A DNA stretch of 64,000 nt from Planctomycetota bacterium (GTDB lineage: Bacteria > Planctomycetota > SZUA-567 > H5-PLA8), in NCBI GenBank assembly GCA_038227875.1, contig JBBRPR010000014.1:47454-111453 (forward strand). The letters run 5' to 3'. This document shows positions 1 through 9,505 of the stretch, piece by piece (the first letter of the stretch is position 1; each line of letters begins with the position of its first letter). The notes under the pieces were generated by a model. The model saw nothing but the letters and a program-made list of their open reading frames with translations, made no database searches and was not told the DNA's origin. The translations under genes and the position numbers were made by a program.

Positions 1-469
1 TGCCGCGCACGCGCGTGTTGCGGGCGCGGATATCGATGCTCAGCGTGTACGTCGCCGGATTGGTAATGCCCCGCGCCGTGACCTGAAAGGAGTACGTCAC
101 GATCTGCGGCGTGGTGTTCTCCGGGACGGTGAACTGCAGCAGTCCCGTGTTTGGATCGAATCGATCGATGGTGACCACGTCGCTGAGCGGAGTCATGTTG
201 ATGAAAATCGGCTGCGCGCCTGGATCAAAGCCCACGACCACATAGTTGAATGAACCCGGCCGCACGACGAGAATCTGGTTCCAGGAGAACGGATCGTTCA
301 GCGGCACCGCGCCCGAAGGACCGTCGCGCGGCCCGACCGGCGAGGGTGGCGGCGTCGCGGCGGCATAATCAGGAAACGACGGATGCAGCACCGGCGCGGG
401 CGCATCGTCAGCCGCACGCAGCAGGGAGAAACTCAGCACACCGCACAGCACTGCGAAGATCCGGGACAT
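1..469 (-). CDS. exported surface-type protein, N-terminal part only (gene runs off the left edge)
   Basis: Not in the ORF track because it has no stop inside the window. Reverse-complement reading from ATG (469-467) stays open to position 2: MSRIFAVLCGVLSFSLLRAADDAPAPVLHPSF...TYSFQVTARGITNPATYTLSIDIRARNTRVRG. The N-terminus is signal-peptide-like. Overlapping plus-strand ORFs 250..717 and 383..637 are Arg/Pro-rich antisense artefacts. Confidence 0.5.
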   Translation of the reverse strand, partial: MSRIFAVLCGVLSFSLLRAADDAPAPVLHPSFPDYAAATPPPSPVGPRDGPSGAVPLNDPFSWNQILVVRPGSFNYVVVGFDPGAQPIFINMTPLSDVVTIDRFDPNTGLLQFTVPENTTPQIVTYSFQVTARGITNPATYTLSIDIRARNTRVRG

Positions 470-908
470 GTTGCGAGACAATTTCATTCCTCGCCTTTCA
501 CGTTGACAGCCCATTCCAATTTTTCCACACTCCAAGTTCCGGGAACTGTTCCACGGAATTGGCCGCACTGTTCGTGCACTCTGATGAACGAATGCCTTAC
601 CAGCATCCCGTTGTTCGTCCCTCTGCCTGCGCCGTGAAACACCTTTACTCCGAGCGTTTCGCGGAGAAACCGGGCAGAATCGACGTTTTACCGGGCTGCC
701 CACATCCTACGGCATGAGGCGGCGGAATAAAAGACGCGGTACGGGTCCGCCGGCTTCATGTATCGGTTTTATTTCAGAAGTTCGATAGGCGCCAGCACTG
801 GCGAGTATCCATAAAAGGGTCGCGCTGGCAATGTATCACAGGCGCCCCGGGTCACTCAGCGCGGGGGATGGCGTGCTGATTTCCAAGACCGTGGACTGGA
901 GTGCCTCG

Positions 909-945
909 AAAAAAAGCAGGCGCGGCCATTTCTGGTCGCGCCTGC
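909..945 (-). terminator. rho-independent terminator after the EF-hand gene
   Basis: On the minus-strand transcript there is a 12-bp GC-rich stem (916-927 / 934-945, one G-U pair) with a 6-nt loop. It is followed by a run of 7 U (A909-A915 on plus) and lies 28 nt downstream of the stop at 973. Confidence 0.7.
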
Positions 946-972
946 ACTTCCCTGGCTTGTAACGCGTCAGTA

Positions 973-1377
973 CTACTTCTTCTCGCGCTTCTCCCGACGG
1001 TGATGCAGCCGTTCGCCCAGGCGATGATACAGCACCGGGTCGCTGGCCTTCAGAGCCGCGTAAGCCTTGCGGAATTCGCCGTCGTCAACCTTGCCGTCCT
1101 TGTTGGTGTCGAGCTTCGCGCGCAAGGCCTGGAGCGCTTTGCGCTGTTCGCCGTGATCGATCTTGCCGTCTTTATCGGCATCGATCGCGCCAATCTCTTC
1201 GTCGAGCGCCGCGCGGAGCTCCCCGTGGTCGAGCTTGCCGTCCTTATCGGTGTCCAATTCCGGATCCTTCTCCGCCGCGCGTTCGCGCCGGCGTTCTTCA
1301 GAAGCCGTCGCCTTCGTGGCGGTGAACGTCAACAGGGTCAGCATGGCCAGCAGCGCAAGAGCAGTAGTCCGGAACAT
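973..1377 (-). CDS. exported EF-hand calcium-binding protein
   Basis: Three canonical EF-hand loops: DTDKDGKLDHGE, DADKDGKIDHGE, DTNKDGKVDDGE. Signal peptide MFRTTALALLAMLTLLTFTATKATA. I prefer ATG 1377 (GGAG 7 nt upstream) over the TTG at 1395 used by the track. Confidence 0.8.
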   Translation of the reverse strand: MFRTTALALLAMLTLLTFTATKATASEERRRERAAEKDPELDTDKDGKLDHGELRAALDEEIGAIDADKDGKIDHGEQRKALQALRAKLDTNKDGKVDDGEFRKAYAALKASDPVLYHRLGERLHHRREKREKK

Positions 1378-1502
1378 CGGCGATCTCCAATCCAATAAAA
1401 GGGGTGTTTTTAACCAGTGACATTAACAAGGAGGCCATATATACCGGTTGCGTTGGTCAATTTGTGAACTATTTTTCCGCCGTGAGCTTACGTCCCCAAT
1501 CC

Positions 1503-2435
1503 ATGCGCTTCATTCAGACGCTACTTGTTGTTTGGATTGGACTTGCGACCGCGCAGGCCGCCGATCCCTGGCCCCCGTCTCTTCGCAATCTAACAGTCTG
1601 GGAAGGCACCTACCCGCCCGAAACGCTCGACGAAAACCTCGCCGAACCCGGCACGTTCGTGGCGGTCGGCGCGTCGTTGATGCTCGGCCTGATTTTGTTC
1701 GTCGCGGTGAGCTCCATGATGCGCGGTCGCAGGCCGCGTTTCTCGCTGCGCGTGGCGCTGGCGTTCATGATTGCGGCGGGGATTTTTTTGTTCGGTGGCG
1801 TGCCGATGTGGAGTACGGATCGCGCGTCAGATCATGTTGCATGGAAAAGGAAAGTGCGTCAGTCGTTGAATACGCCTGTTTACGCAGGCATTGACGATAT
1901 GACACTTCCGCAAGCGGCGAGATCAATTCAAACTCAATCTCGCATTTTTATTGTTGTCAGTCCGTCGTTAGCCAATGAACCAATAAAGACGCCATTGGAA
2001 TTCGATCACGTTAGATTGTCCGATGCTCTCGATAAACTTTGCGAGCGTGTCAAAGCTAAGTGGTCCGTCTGCAACGGTGCCATCTTCATTTATCCTGAGA
2101 ATGTTTTGCCTCCTCAGCAACGGGTACCTCACGCGGACGAACCCTGGCAGTTGAACGTTGAGACCTCTATCCAGCGGCGTGTCAGTCTTGAATTTTTCGA
2201 CATGCCCTTCGACGAAGGTGTGAACTTTATAAGTGAAATTTCAGGAGTGGAGATACGAATCAGTCCAGACCTGCGTGAGGCAACACCGGTTATCCAATTT
2301 TGCCCAGTAAGTGAAATGCGCGTGGACGACGCCCTCACGTGGATGTGCCTGCTCGCCGACGCCCAATGGTCCCTCCGCAAAGGCCCCGACGGCAAAGGCG
2401 AAATCTACATCTCCCCCCGCGAACGGGAAAAATAG
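1503..2435 (+). CDS. membrane-anchored protein with two STN/secretin-N-like modules (possible anti-sigma/sensor-type protein)
   Basis: ATG 1503 gives MRFIQTLLVVWIGLATAQA (signal/anchor), followed by further hydrophobic stretches. Two similar modules then end in ...LSDALDKLCERVKAKWSV..AIFIYP and ...VDDALTWMCLLADAQWSL..EIYISP. These resemble the module after the TM helix of the ECF fusion at 15791..18325. Confidence 0.55.
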   Translation: MRFIQTLLVVWIGLATAQAADPWPPSLRNLTVWEGTYPPETLDENLAEPGTFVAVGASLMLGLILFVAVSSMMRGRRPRFSLRVALAFMIAAGIFLFGGVPMWSTDRASDHVAWKRKVRQSLNTPVYAGIDDMTLPQAARSIQTQSRIFIVVSPSLANEPIKTPLEFDHVRLSDALDKLCERVKAKWSVCNGAIFIYPENVLPPQQRVPHADEPWQLNVETSIQRRVSLEFFDMPFDEGVNFISEISGVEIRISPDLREATPVIQFCPVSEMRVDDALTWMCLLADAQWSLRKGPDGKGEIYISPREREK

Positions 2436-2580
2436 TTTGAACTCCATCGTGAAGCAGCACGTTGCACCTGCGCAACGTCAATATAATCAGAAAACACATG
2501 TTTATTGGATAAAAATTCTATTCTCTAATGGATAATCCATATCGTATAGTCCATTCAACGCATAAATGAGGAGCCTTACT

Positions 2581-3453
2581 ATGTCCGCAATCGCCAAACT
2601 CAGCCCTAATCCAGTCAATGGACATCATGCTCGAAAGAGCATCGGCAATACACAATTCAAAGGACCTCTTGAAAATCTTCCCTACCCCACTGGCCCCGTC
2701 TCAACGCAGGAAGCGGTCAAGTCGATGTACGAGGACGGTTACGCCATCCTCCCCAAAGTGCTGAACCGCGCCGAGGTCGCCGAGTTCCGGAAATTCATCG
2801 ATCAATCCGGCGGTGATGATGCTCAGTATCAGGTCAAAGACTGGTGCTTCAATAAACAACTACCGATGAACTTTCATCGGGATCCGGCCATTCTCAAATA
2901 CATGGATCCAGAACCGCTGATGCCAGTGTTGGATCAAATTCTGGGACCCGATGGCCACGTCATTTCCGGTTCGATGTGGGTCACGGGTTCCGGGCGAAGC
3001 ATGGGCATTCACGCCGATCATCTGTACTACAGCCTGCCTGAGGACATCCACAGCGACCCGCGTTTTACGTTGCCCATTTTTTCAGTTTCGGCCCATCTCT
3101 ACCTGAACGATATGACGGCGGAACTGGGACCGACCATACTCATCCCCGGCAGCCATCGCGCGGGTCGGCCGCCGAGCGATGAATGCACATGGAACGGCAT
3201 CACGCCAAAAGCCGTCATGGTCCAGGCCGGCGACATCTGCCTTTTCCGCCACGAAATCTGGCACGGCGCATGGGGCAATACCAGCAAAACCGATCGCCGC
3301 TACATGGTTCAGGTTGCATATGCGCACACGACAATTGCAACCTGGGGCAATCCTTCGCTGCGCTTCAAGGAACTCTACAATCCGGAAGTCCTGTCAAGCC
3401 TGACGCCGCGCCAGGCCCGCCTGCTGGGACCGGAGTTCAGTCCGAGTTACTGA
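2581..3453 (+). CDS. phytanoyl-CoA dioxygenase (PhyH) family Fe(II)/2-oxoglutarate dioxygenase
   Basis: PhyH-like layout: HADH (HxD facial-triad candidate), GPTILIPGSHRAG, distal HEIWHGAWGN. GAGGAG (2568-2573) lies 7 nt before ATG 2581, so this start is preferred over ATG 2566. Confidence 0.8.
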   Translation: MSAIAKLSPNPVNGHHARKSIGNTQFKGPLENLPYPTGPVSTQEAVKSMYEDGYAILPKVLNRAEVAEFRKFIDQSGGDDAQYQVKDWCFNKQLPMNFHRDPAILKYMDPEPLMPVLDQILGPDGHVISGSMWVTGSGRSMGIHADHLYYSLPEDIHSDPRFTLPIFSVSAHLYLNDMTAELGPTILIPGSHRAGRPPSDECTWNGITPKAVMVQAGDICLFRHEIWHGAWGNTSKTDRRYMVQVAYAHTTIATWGNPSLRFKELYNPEVLSSLTPRQARLLGPEFSPSY

Positions 3454-3576
3454 TTCCCAACACAGCCCGTCCATCGGCTTCGCGCATTTCGTTTCGCTGG
3501 CGCCGACGACGATCAGTTCGCCGTAGGCAAACGATTGATTCTAGCGAAAAAAGACTGTTCCTGTACAAGGTGCCGC

Positions 3577-5883
3577 ATGGGTGACCGCGGCTATCTCCCC
3601 CTCTTCCTATGTACTCTTGCTGCTTGTGCGTGTTGCGAAGCGGCGCAAGTCACTGGCGACGTGCTTCACGTGAGCGTCGATGGAACGACGGAGTATGCGA
3701 TACTCCTTGCCGCCGACGCGTCCGTTGCAGAGAAGCACGCGGCCGACGAGCTGGGCGCATACCTCAAACAGGTAACGGGCGCGGAATTTCAACGCGTGGC
3801 GAAGGCCCCGGATGGGAAGCCGGTCCTCGCGGTCGGTGCCGGCGCGGCGTTGGCAATCGAGCCGGGAATTGATCTGAAGGACCTCGGGCCGGAGGGCAAC
3901 GTCATCCGGATGACCGGGAAGAACATCATTCTTTCCGGTGGCGAGGGCGCGCCCCGCGGGACGCTCTACGCGGTCTACGCGTTTCTCGAAGATTTCGTCG
4001 ACATTCATTGGTGGACGCCGGATGCGACGCAAATTCCGAAGCAGCCAAATCTCGTGATTGCGCCTCGCGATAGTCGTTATCGCCCGGTGTTCGAATACCG
4101 CGACCCGTTCATCAAAAGTGCGTTTGATCCGGATTTTGCGGTCCGCAACCGCATCAATGGACTCTACCGCGATTTCGGCGACGCGCGCGGCGGAGCGATG
4201 TCGTATGCGAATTCGTTCGTTCACACGATGTATGACCTGGTCCCTCCGAAGGAGCATTTTGAAAAACATCCGGAGTGGTTTGCGGAGATCAACGGCAAGC
4301 GGACGGGCGGGGGATCCCAGTTGTGCGTGAGTAACCCCGAACTGCAAGCGTTTACGAAGCAGCGGGTGCGCGCATGGATCAAGGCCAATCCTCACGCGTC
4401 GATCGTCTCCGTATCGCAGAACGACTTCCCGATTCCCTGCCAGTGCAAACAATGCAAGGCGATTGAAGAGGAAGAAGGCAGCGCCGCGGGCCCGCTGCTG
4501 CGTTTTGTCAACGCCATCGCGTTGGATCTCGAAGCCGATTATCCGCACATCGCCGTGGATACGCTTGCCTACCAATACAGCCGCAAGGCGCCGAAGATCA
4601 CGAAGCCACGCGATAACGTCATCATCCGGTTGTGCTCGATTGAATGTTCGTTCCTGCAGCCGCTGGACAGCGCGGCCAATCAGAGTTTCCGCGCGGACAT
4701 TGAGGCCTGGTCGAAGATCGCGAAGAAGCTGTACGTGTGGGATTACGTCGTTAACTTTTCGCATTTCCTCGCACCGCATCCGAATCTGCGCGTGTTGGAG
4801 CCAAACATTCGCTTTTTTGCGGAACACCGCGTGGCTGGAATTCTCGAGCAGGGCGACAACCGGGCGCACTGCGGCGAATTTGCAGAGTTGAAAGCCTGGG
4901 TGCTGGCCAAATTGCTGTGGAACCCGCAGCTCAAGGCCGACGCCTTGATCGATCAGTTCCTGCGCGGTTATTACGGCGACGCGGCTCCATCGGTACGGGC
5001 CTGCATCGACCTGTTGCACAACACTGCGGAGCCGACCGGTTACTATTTGAAAATGGACGATGAAATGACCGCGCCGTATCTAACGGTGGAGTTGCTTGGG
5101 AAATCCGAAGCGCTGTTGCAAGCGGCGTTGAAAGCGGTGGACGGCGATCCTGTCCTGAAGCGGCGCGTGGAATGCGTTCAGCTGGGCGCGCGTTACGCCG
5201 CGGTCGTGCTCTGGCTGCAACTCCAGCGCGATGCGGCGCTGCGTGGCGCCGACTGGCCATTTTCGCGGACCCGGGATGAGTTGATCGCGGAGATCCGCCG
5301 CGTCTACACCGACAATAAAATCGAAGCGATGTTTGAAGACTGGAGTGGCGATCCTCGGCCGCACATCGACACGTTCGCGCTTCGCTATGGCAGCCGGAAG
5401 AAAGCCGTGCGCCCTGCCGGATTTGAACAGACCGGCGCCGCTGACTTTATCGATCTGCAAGATGAAAGCGCGACGATCTGGGGGCGGCCCGAAAAAGGGG
5501 ACTGGGCGCCCGACGCGAAGGCCTCCGACGGGAAAGCGATCTGGATGCCGTGCACGTACTACTCGTGGAGTTTCTATCTGCCGCTGAGCGCCCCGGTGGT
5601 GAACTGGGCCGCCGGGAGCGAGTGGACGGTTTATGCCGCCGTCCGCGCCACCAGGAAGGGCAACGAAGGGAATGCGTTCAGTCTTGGGATCTATGACAAC
5701 GCAAACAAGCGCGACCTTGCGACCGTCGTCACACCGTGTCGTGACGTGACGGGCGAATATCAGATCTACAAAGTGGGGGCGATCAAGCCGGCGGCTGGGA
5801 TTTACTTCTGGGCGTCGCCAGCCAACAATCCCGGCAATGCGGAAGCGGTGTGGGTGGATCGCTGGTTTTTGGTACGCCGCTGA
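3577..5883 (+). CDS. DUF4838-type glycan-active protein (GH20/alpha-glucuronidase-like N-domain)
   Basis: Cys-rich signal/lipoprotein-like N-terminus MGDRGYLPLFLCTLAACACC. The pattern EYAILLAADASVAEKHAADELGAYLKQVTGAEF...PVLAVG is typical of DUF4838 proteins. Start taken at ATG 3577; the track starts at 3535. Confidence 0.65.
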   Translation: MGDRGYLPLFLCTLAACACCEAAQVTGDVLHVSVDGTTEYAILLAADASVAEKHAADELGAYLKQVTGAEFQRVAKAPDGKPVLAVGAGAALAIEPGIDLKDLGPEGNVIRMTGKNIILSGGEGAPRGTLYAVYAFLEDFVDIHWWTPDATQIPKQPNLVIAPRDSRYRPVFEYRDPFIKSAFDPDFAVRNRINGLYRDFGDARGGAMSYANSFVHTMYDLVPPKEHFEKHPEWFAEINGKRTGGGSQLCVSNPELQAFTKQRVRAWIKANPHASIVSVSQNDFPIPCQCKQCKAIEEEEGSAAGPLLRFVNAIALDLEADYPHIAVDTLAYQYSRKAPKITKPRDNVIIRLCSIECSFLQPLDSAANQSFRADIEAWSKIAKKLYVWDYVVNFSHFLAPHPNLRVLEPNIRFFAEHRVAGILEQGDNRAHCGEFAELKAWVLAKLLWNPQLKADALIDQFLRGYYGDAAPSVRACIDLLHNTAEPTGYYLKMDDEMTAPYLTVELLGKSEALLQAALKAVDGDPVLKRRVECVQLGARYAAVVLWLQLQRDAALRGADWPFSRTRDELIAEIRRVYTDNKIEAMFEDWSGDPRPHIDTFALRYGSRKKAVRPAGFEQTGAADFIDLQDESATIWGRPEKGDWAPDAKASDGKAIWMPCTYYSWSFYLPLSAPVVNWAAGSEWTVYAAVRATRKGNEGNAFSLGIYDNANKRDLATVVTPCRDVTGEYQIYKVGAIKPAAGIYFWASPANNPGNAEAVWVDRWFLVRR

Positions 5884-5899
5884 ACCGTGACCCCGCTCC

Positions 5900-8473
5900 T
5901 CACGGCTGAACGTCGATCGTGAACTTCTGCGTCGCCGTCCCGACATGTTCCGTGGTCGTCGACGCCACTTTCTCGTCGCCCCACTTGAGCGCCCCCTCAT
6001 CCAGTTTTCGGACCTCGCGATCAATCGCGGCGCTCACCACGACCTCCGCGCTGCCCGCCGCGTCCGGCGTACCTGACAGCACGCCCGTCGCCGCGTCGAT
6101 CTTCAACCACGCCGGGCCTTGCTGGATGGAATACTTCGGTTTTTCGACATCCCAGAAGCTCGCCGTCTCCCCACCGTTGATCACACGCATGCGCAGATCG
6201 CCCAACGAACGGTTGGCGGCGAGTTGGAATTTGAAGTCGGCTTTGACTTTTGCCGCCGTCAGCGGCGTGCTGAAAATCACTGGGCGCGGCGCCGTCGCGT
6301 AGTCCGACGGCCCGCTGCGTTTCTCCTGATTGTCGATCGCCACCACGCGGTAATACGTCTTGTTGGCCGCCGGCAATTTCACACCAGGGCCGAGCACCGC
6401 CAACTCCGTCGCCGTGGTTTCCGCGATGAAGTTCGCCGGAAATTGCGGCGGCAGCTCTTTCGTCGTGCCGATCGGCGCCGTGTACGGAACGTCGCTGATC
6501 GAAAACCCTTTCTCATCGCTGCCATAGACGCGGTACTTCACCGGCGCGCGGCCGGCCGGATTGGCCTTCCAGCGCAGCGTGCCGATCGATTTGTCCTTGT
6601 CGAAATCCACCGCAACGTCGAGCGGATACTCCGGCGCGTGCGCGGTAAAGCTCCACGTTTTGCTCCACGGACCCCACACGCCCTTGTCGTTCTTCGCGCG
6701 CACATGCCAGTAGTATTTTTTCTCCGACGCCAGCAGCCCGGGCATCGGCAGCGTAAATTGCGCCTTGCCCTTGTCGCCGGTTCGCGAGATCAGCTTGTAA
6801 AAACTCGTCGAAAGCGGCCATTTCATGTCGGGCCGGTTGGCGAGTTCGAAGTGATAATCCGCGATCGTGTTTCCACCAAGATCGCTGGCCGGCGCCCACT
6901 GGAAAACGAGCTCCGTGCCGCTGCTCTCACCGTCGTCGGCCGGAGCAATGGCGGCTGGCGGCGCCGCCGGCGGTTTGGCTAGCGATCGTTCGACCCAACT
7001 ATGCGTAATCCGTATCTGCCGCTCGCCCTTCGTTTCGTCCGTGTAGACAAACGCGTTCTCGCCCACCTTCATCGACGGCAGCGCGAACGGCGCCATCTGG
7101 ATGTCATTGACGATGCGCACTTTTTTAAGCTGCGCGTCTCCGGCGAGCTGACACTTTAATTTGTACTCGTACACCGCCGGACCTTCCGGCGTAAAGAACG
7201 CATCGAGATTCGCCCCCGCATCTTTCCACGTCTTCCCATCCGTGGAGACCGCGAACTTCGCGCCCGCCGGTTCCGCTTCGATCCGGCCTCCGACGAAAAC
7301 ATAGGGACTCTTGATCGTCCAGGTCAGCGTGCCCGTCTTTCCGGACTCCGCCGTGAGCACCCCGCCAGATGCCGCGACGTTCTCAACCGCCGCGCCTTTG
7401 CGCCAGAGCTCCTTCGAAAAATCCGGCTGGTACTCCCAATTGCCGTTGTAGATCGTGTCCGGGTACAGCGGCTTGCGACCGCGGAATTTTCCCGGATTCA
7501 AATGCCCCCAGCGCCACGTGATCGCTTCGCCCGGGCGCAACGTCATGTTCATGGACGTGTCCATCTTCGCGTTGCGATCGCCGCCGATCGCGCCTTCAAA
7601 GACGTGCCGCGACGACTCGTACTGCTCCGAACTGCGCGTCTCCGGCTGCAGAATCCCCTGCGTGTGCGTGCGCGCAATCAGATCGTGATCGCGCACGATC
7701 TCCTGTTCGCTGGCGATCGTCTCGTTGTCGCGCAGCAGATAAAGCGTGTGCTCGTCGCCGTCCAGCAGATGCCAGCGCCCGTCGAAAAAAGCCTGCGTGA
7801 TGCAGTGCCCGATCACCAGCGCCGGCGCGATTTTCAGACCGGCCGTTTTCCACAATCCGGCCATGCAGATCGAATCGTTGCCGCAGGTGTTGTGCCCGTA
7901 GATGTTGAAGACTTTGACCGGATCGCCCAGCTCCGTGTTGTCGCCGGCCCAATGGTAGCGGTGCTGTATCTCCTGAAACCACAACGCCATCGCCTTCTCG
8001 CGGTCCTGCATTCCCGGCGTCACGGCCAACGCCACAAGCTCCGCGATCGTGCGCCCGGTGCGGCCATTCGAAAGCCACGGGTTCACCACGTCGCTCTCGC
8101 CCGTGTTCTCCAGCCGCACCGAACGGTTGGATTCCCACGTCTGCTCAAGGACGCCCTCGCGCGACAGCCCGCAGCCCAGCGGCGAGCGGCAGTTCTCGCC
8201 ATCCATCGTCCCGCCCTGTGTGACCGTGTATTTATGGGGCGAGGACGTCGTGACCGTTTCGACGTGCTGCTTCGGCGCGTCGCTCGGTTGCGTCATCGAC
8301 GCCCACGGTTCGCCGCCCTCGCTGGCCGACGCGTTCGCCGCGAGCAGCAGCACAAGACAATACGCAAAGCGAAATTTCGGTGGCGTGATCACGAGCTGAG
8401 CCTCCAGTAGTGCTGCTAGCCTACGCCCGAACCTGCACACGTATTTAGACAGAAACGACTCTGCATTTATCAA
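5900..8473 (-). CDS. exported multidomain protein: transglutaminase-like Cys/His/Asp core + FN3-like + He_PIG (putative Ig) domain
   Basis: NIYGHNTCGNDSICMAGLW...VIGHCITQAFFDGRWHLLDGDEH matches a C..H..D transglutaminase-like core. FN3-like segment WAPASDLGGNTIADYHFELANRPDM..YYWHVRAKN. C-terminal YSIQQGPAWLKIDAATGVLSGTPDAAGSAEVVV is He_PIG-like. A signal-like FRFAYCLVLLLAANASA means the real start may be GTG 8392. Confidence 0.65.
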   Translation of the reverse strand: MINAESFLSKYVCRFGRRLAALLEAQLVITPPKFRFAYCLVLLLAANASASEGGEPWASMTQPSDAPKQHVETVTTSSPHKYTVTQGGTMDGENCRSPLGCGLSREGVLEQTWESNRSVRLENTGESDVVNPWLSNGRTGRTIAELVALAVTPGMQDREKAMALWFQEIQHRYHWAGDNTELGDPVKVFNIYGHNTCGNDSICMAGLWKTAGLKIAPALVIGHCITQAFFDGRWHLLDGDEHTLYLLRDNETIASEQEIVRDHDLIARTHTQGILQPETRSSEQYESSRHVFEGAIGGDRNAKMDTSMNMTLRPGEAITWRWGHLNPGKFRGRKPLYPDTIYNGNWEYQPDFSKELWRKGAAVENVAASGGVLTAESGKTGTLTWTIKSPYVFVGGRIEAEPAGAKFAVSTDGKTWKDAGANLDAFFTPEGPAVYEYKLKCQLAGDAQLKKVRIVNDIQMAPFALPSMKVGENAFVYTDETKGERQIRITHSWVERSLAKPPAAPPAAIAPADDGESSGTELVFQWAPASDLGGNTIADYHFELANRPDMKWPLSTSFYKLISRTGDKGKAQFTLPMPGLLASEKKYYWHVRAKNDKGVWGPWSKTWSFTAHAPEYPLDVAVDFDKDKSIGTLRWKANPAGRAPVKYRVYGSDEKGFSISDVPYTAPIGTTKELPPQFPANFIAETTATELAVLGPGVKLPAANKTYYRVVAIDNQEKRSGPSDYATAPRPVIFSTPLTAAKVKADFKFQLAANRSLGDLRMRVINGGETASFWDVEKPKYSIQQGPAWLKIDAATGVLSGTPDAAGSAEVVVSAAIDREVRKLDEGALKWGDEKVASTTTEHVGTATQKFTIDVQP

Positions 8474-8485
8474 ATCATGACAACG

Positions 8486-9343
8486 CTACAGCGCCGAGGG
8501 TCGTTCCCGAAATTCGCTCGGATTGAGTTTCGTCTCGCGCAGGAACCAGCGCGAAAATCCGTGAATCGTCGGGAAGCCCAGCGTCTCTGCCACCTCCGTC
8601 ACGTTCATGCCGCCTGCCGCCAGCATGTCCTTGGCGCGCGCCAGGCGCCGCCGCGTGACGTACACATGCGGCGTGCAGCCCATCACCGCGGAGAACTGCC
8701 GGAAAAACTGACGCGGCGAAAGTGCCGCCACTTCCGCCATTTCGCGAATGTCCGGCGGCGACGTCAGGCATTCGTCGATCAGCTTCAGCACGGTGTCCAG
8801 CTTCCCCTTCGCCTCCGTCCAATCGTGCTCGCCCGGCATTTCACCTTTCGCGCCCGGCCAGACCGCAATGATCTCCGCCAGCGTGCTCAGCACCCCCAGC
8901 GACTGCTCCCGCCCCGTCGCGCACAACCATGCCACGCGCCGCATCGAGCGGATCAGCAGCCGCGGCGGCGCCGCCAAATGACAGAGCGTCGGAAACGCGC
9001 GATGCGTTACCGCCGGCGCGCGGGTCGAGACGGAAAGTTTGAACGTCAGCACTTCGGAGTCCGCGTTGAGGATCGTCAGCGCATGGCTGTGGCGTTCGCC
9101 CGGATAAAACACGTACGCGCTGGCCGCTTTCACCGCCATGCGCCGGCCTTCGCATTCCACGCTGCCGCCGCAGTGCAGCGCCAGATCGAACTGCATCAAA
9201 TCCGCATGCGCATGCGGCAAGGTCCGCAGCAGACCCGCGTCCAGCAATCGAGCCGCCTCGCGAATCTGCGCCGGCGCGCCGAAAACCCGCGCGCACAGTT
9301 CCCGGCGGCAGTCTTCCTGGCTGGGATTGGCCATCGCGAGCAA
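8486..9343 (-). CDS. AraC family transcriptional regulator
   Basis: Cupin-like N-domain plus C-terminal double HTH: LSPRQFFRQFSAVMGCTPHVYVTRRRLARAKDMLAAGGMNVTEVAETLGFPTIHGFSRWFLRETKLNPSEFR. TTG start. Divergent from the GH2/heparinase genes. Confidence 0.85.
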   Translation of the reverse strand: MLAMANPSQEDCRRELCARVFGAPAQIREAARLLDAGLLRTLPHAHADLMQFDLALHCGGSVECEGRRMAVKAASAYVFYPGERHSHALTILNADSEVLTFKLSVSTRAPAVTHRAFPTLCHLAAPPRLLIRSMRRVAWLCATGREQSLGVLSTLAEIIAVWPGAKGEMPGEHDWTEAKGKLDTVLKLIDECLTSPPDIREMAEVAALSPRQFFRQFSAVMGCTPHVYVTRRRLARAKDMLAAGGMNVTEVAETLGFPTIHGFSRWFLRETKLNPSEFRERPSAL

Positions 9344-9351
9344 CTCCTAAT

Positions 9352-9378
9352 GTAGTCCGGGCGTCCCGCCCGGTCTAA
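9352..9378. repeat. REP-like palindromic unit, left arm of a perfect 27-bp inverted repeat
   Basis: GTAGTCCGGGCGTCCCGCCCGGTCTAA. Internal hairpin CCGGGCG-TCC-CGCCCGG. The exact reverse complement occurs at 9506-9532. Confidence 0.85.
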
Positions 9379-9505
9379 CCTCGGCATACAGCAGGGCAGG
9401 TGAATTCGTTCGATGAACTTCGCTATCTTGCGAAGCAACAGCCCGTTGCTTTCGCGGTAGAACGCGCGCCGTTTGAACGCGCATGTCTCCCGTCATTAGG
9501 TGCGA

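Noticed and set aside
250-717. Plus-strand ORFs 250..717 and 383..637 at the left end
   Set aside because: They have Arg/Pro-rich low-complexity translations. They overlap the better-supported minus-strand signal-peptide protein that starts at 469.
3607-5019. Long antisense ORFs opposite recognised genes. Examples: 3607..5019, 5080..6024, 9660..12170, 12180..13460, 13636..14979, 23939..25003, 27245..29164, 33225..34244, 40244..41392, 41509..42396, 54281..55297.
   Set aside because: All are Arg/Ala/Gly/Pro/His-rich with no recognisable motifs. They lie exactly opposite frames that carry clear domain signatures. This is the usual stop-poor antisense frame of GC-rich DNA.
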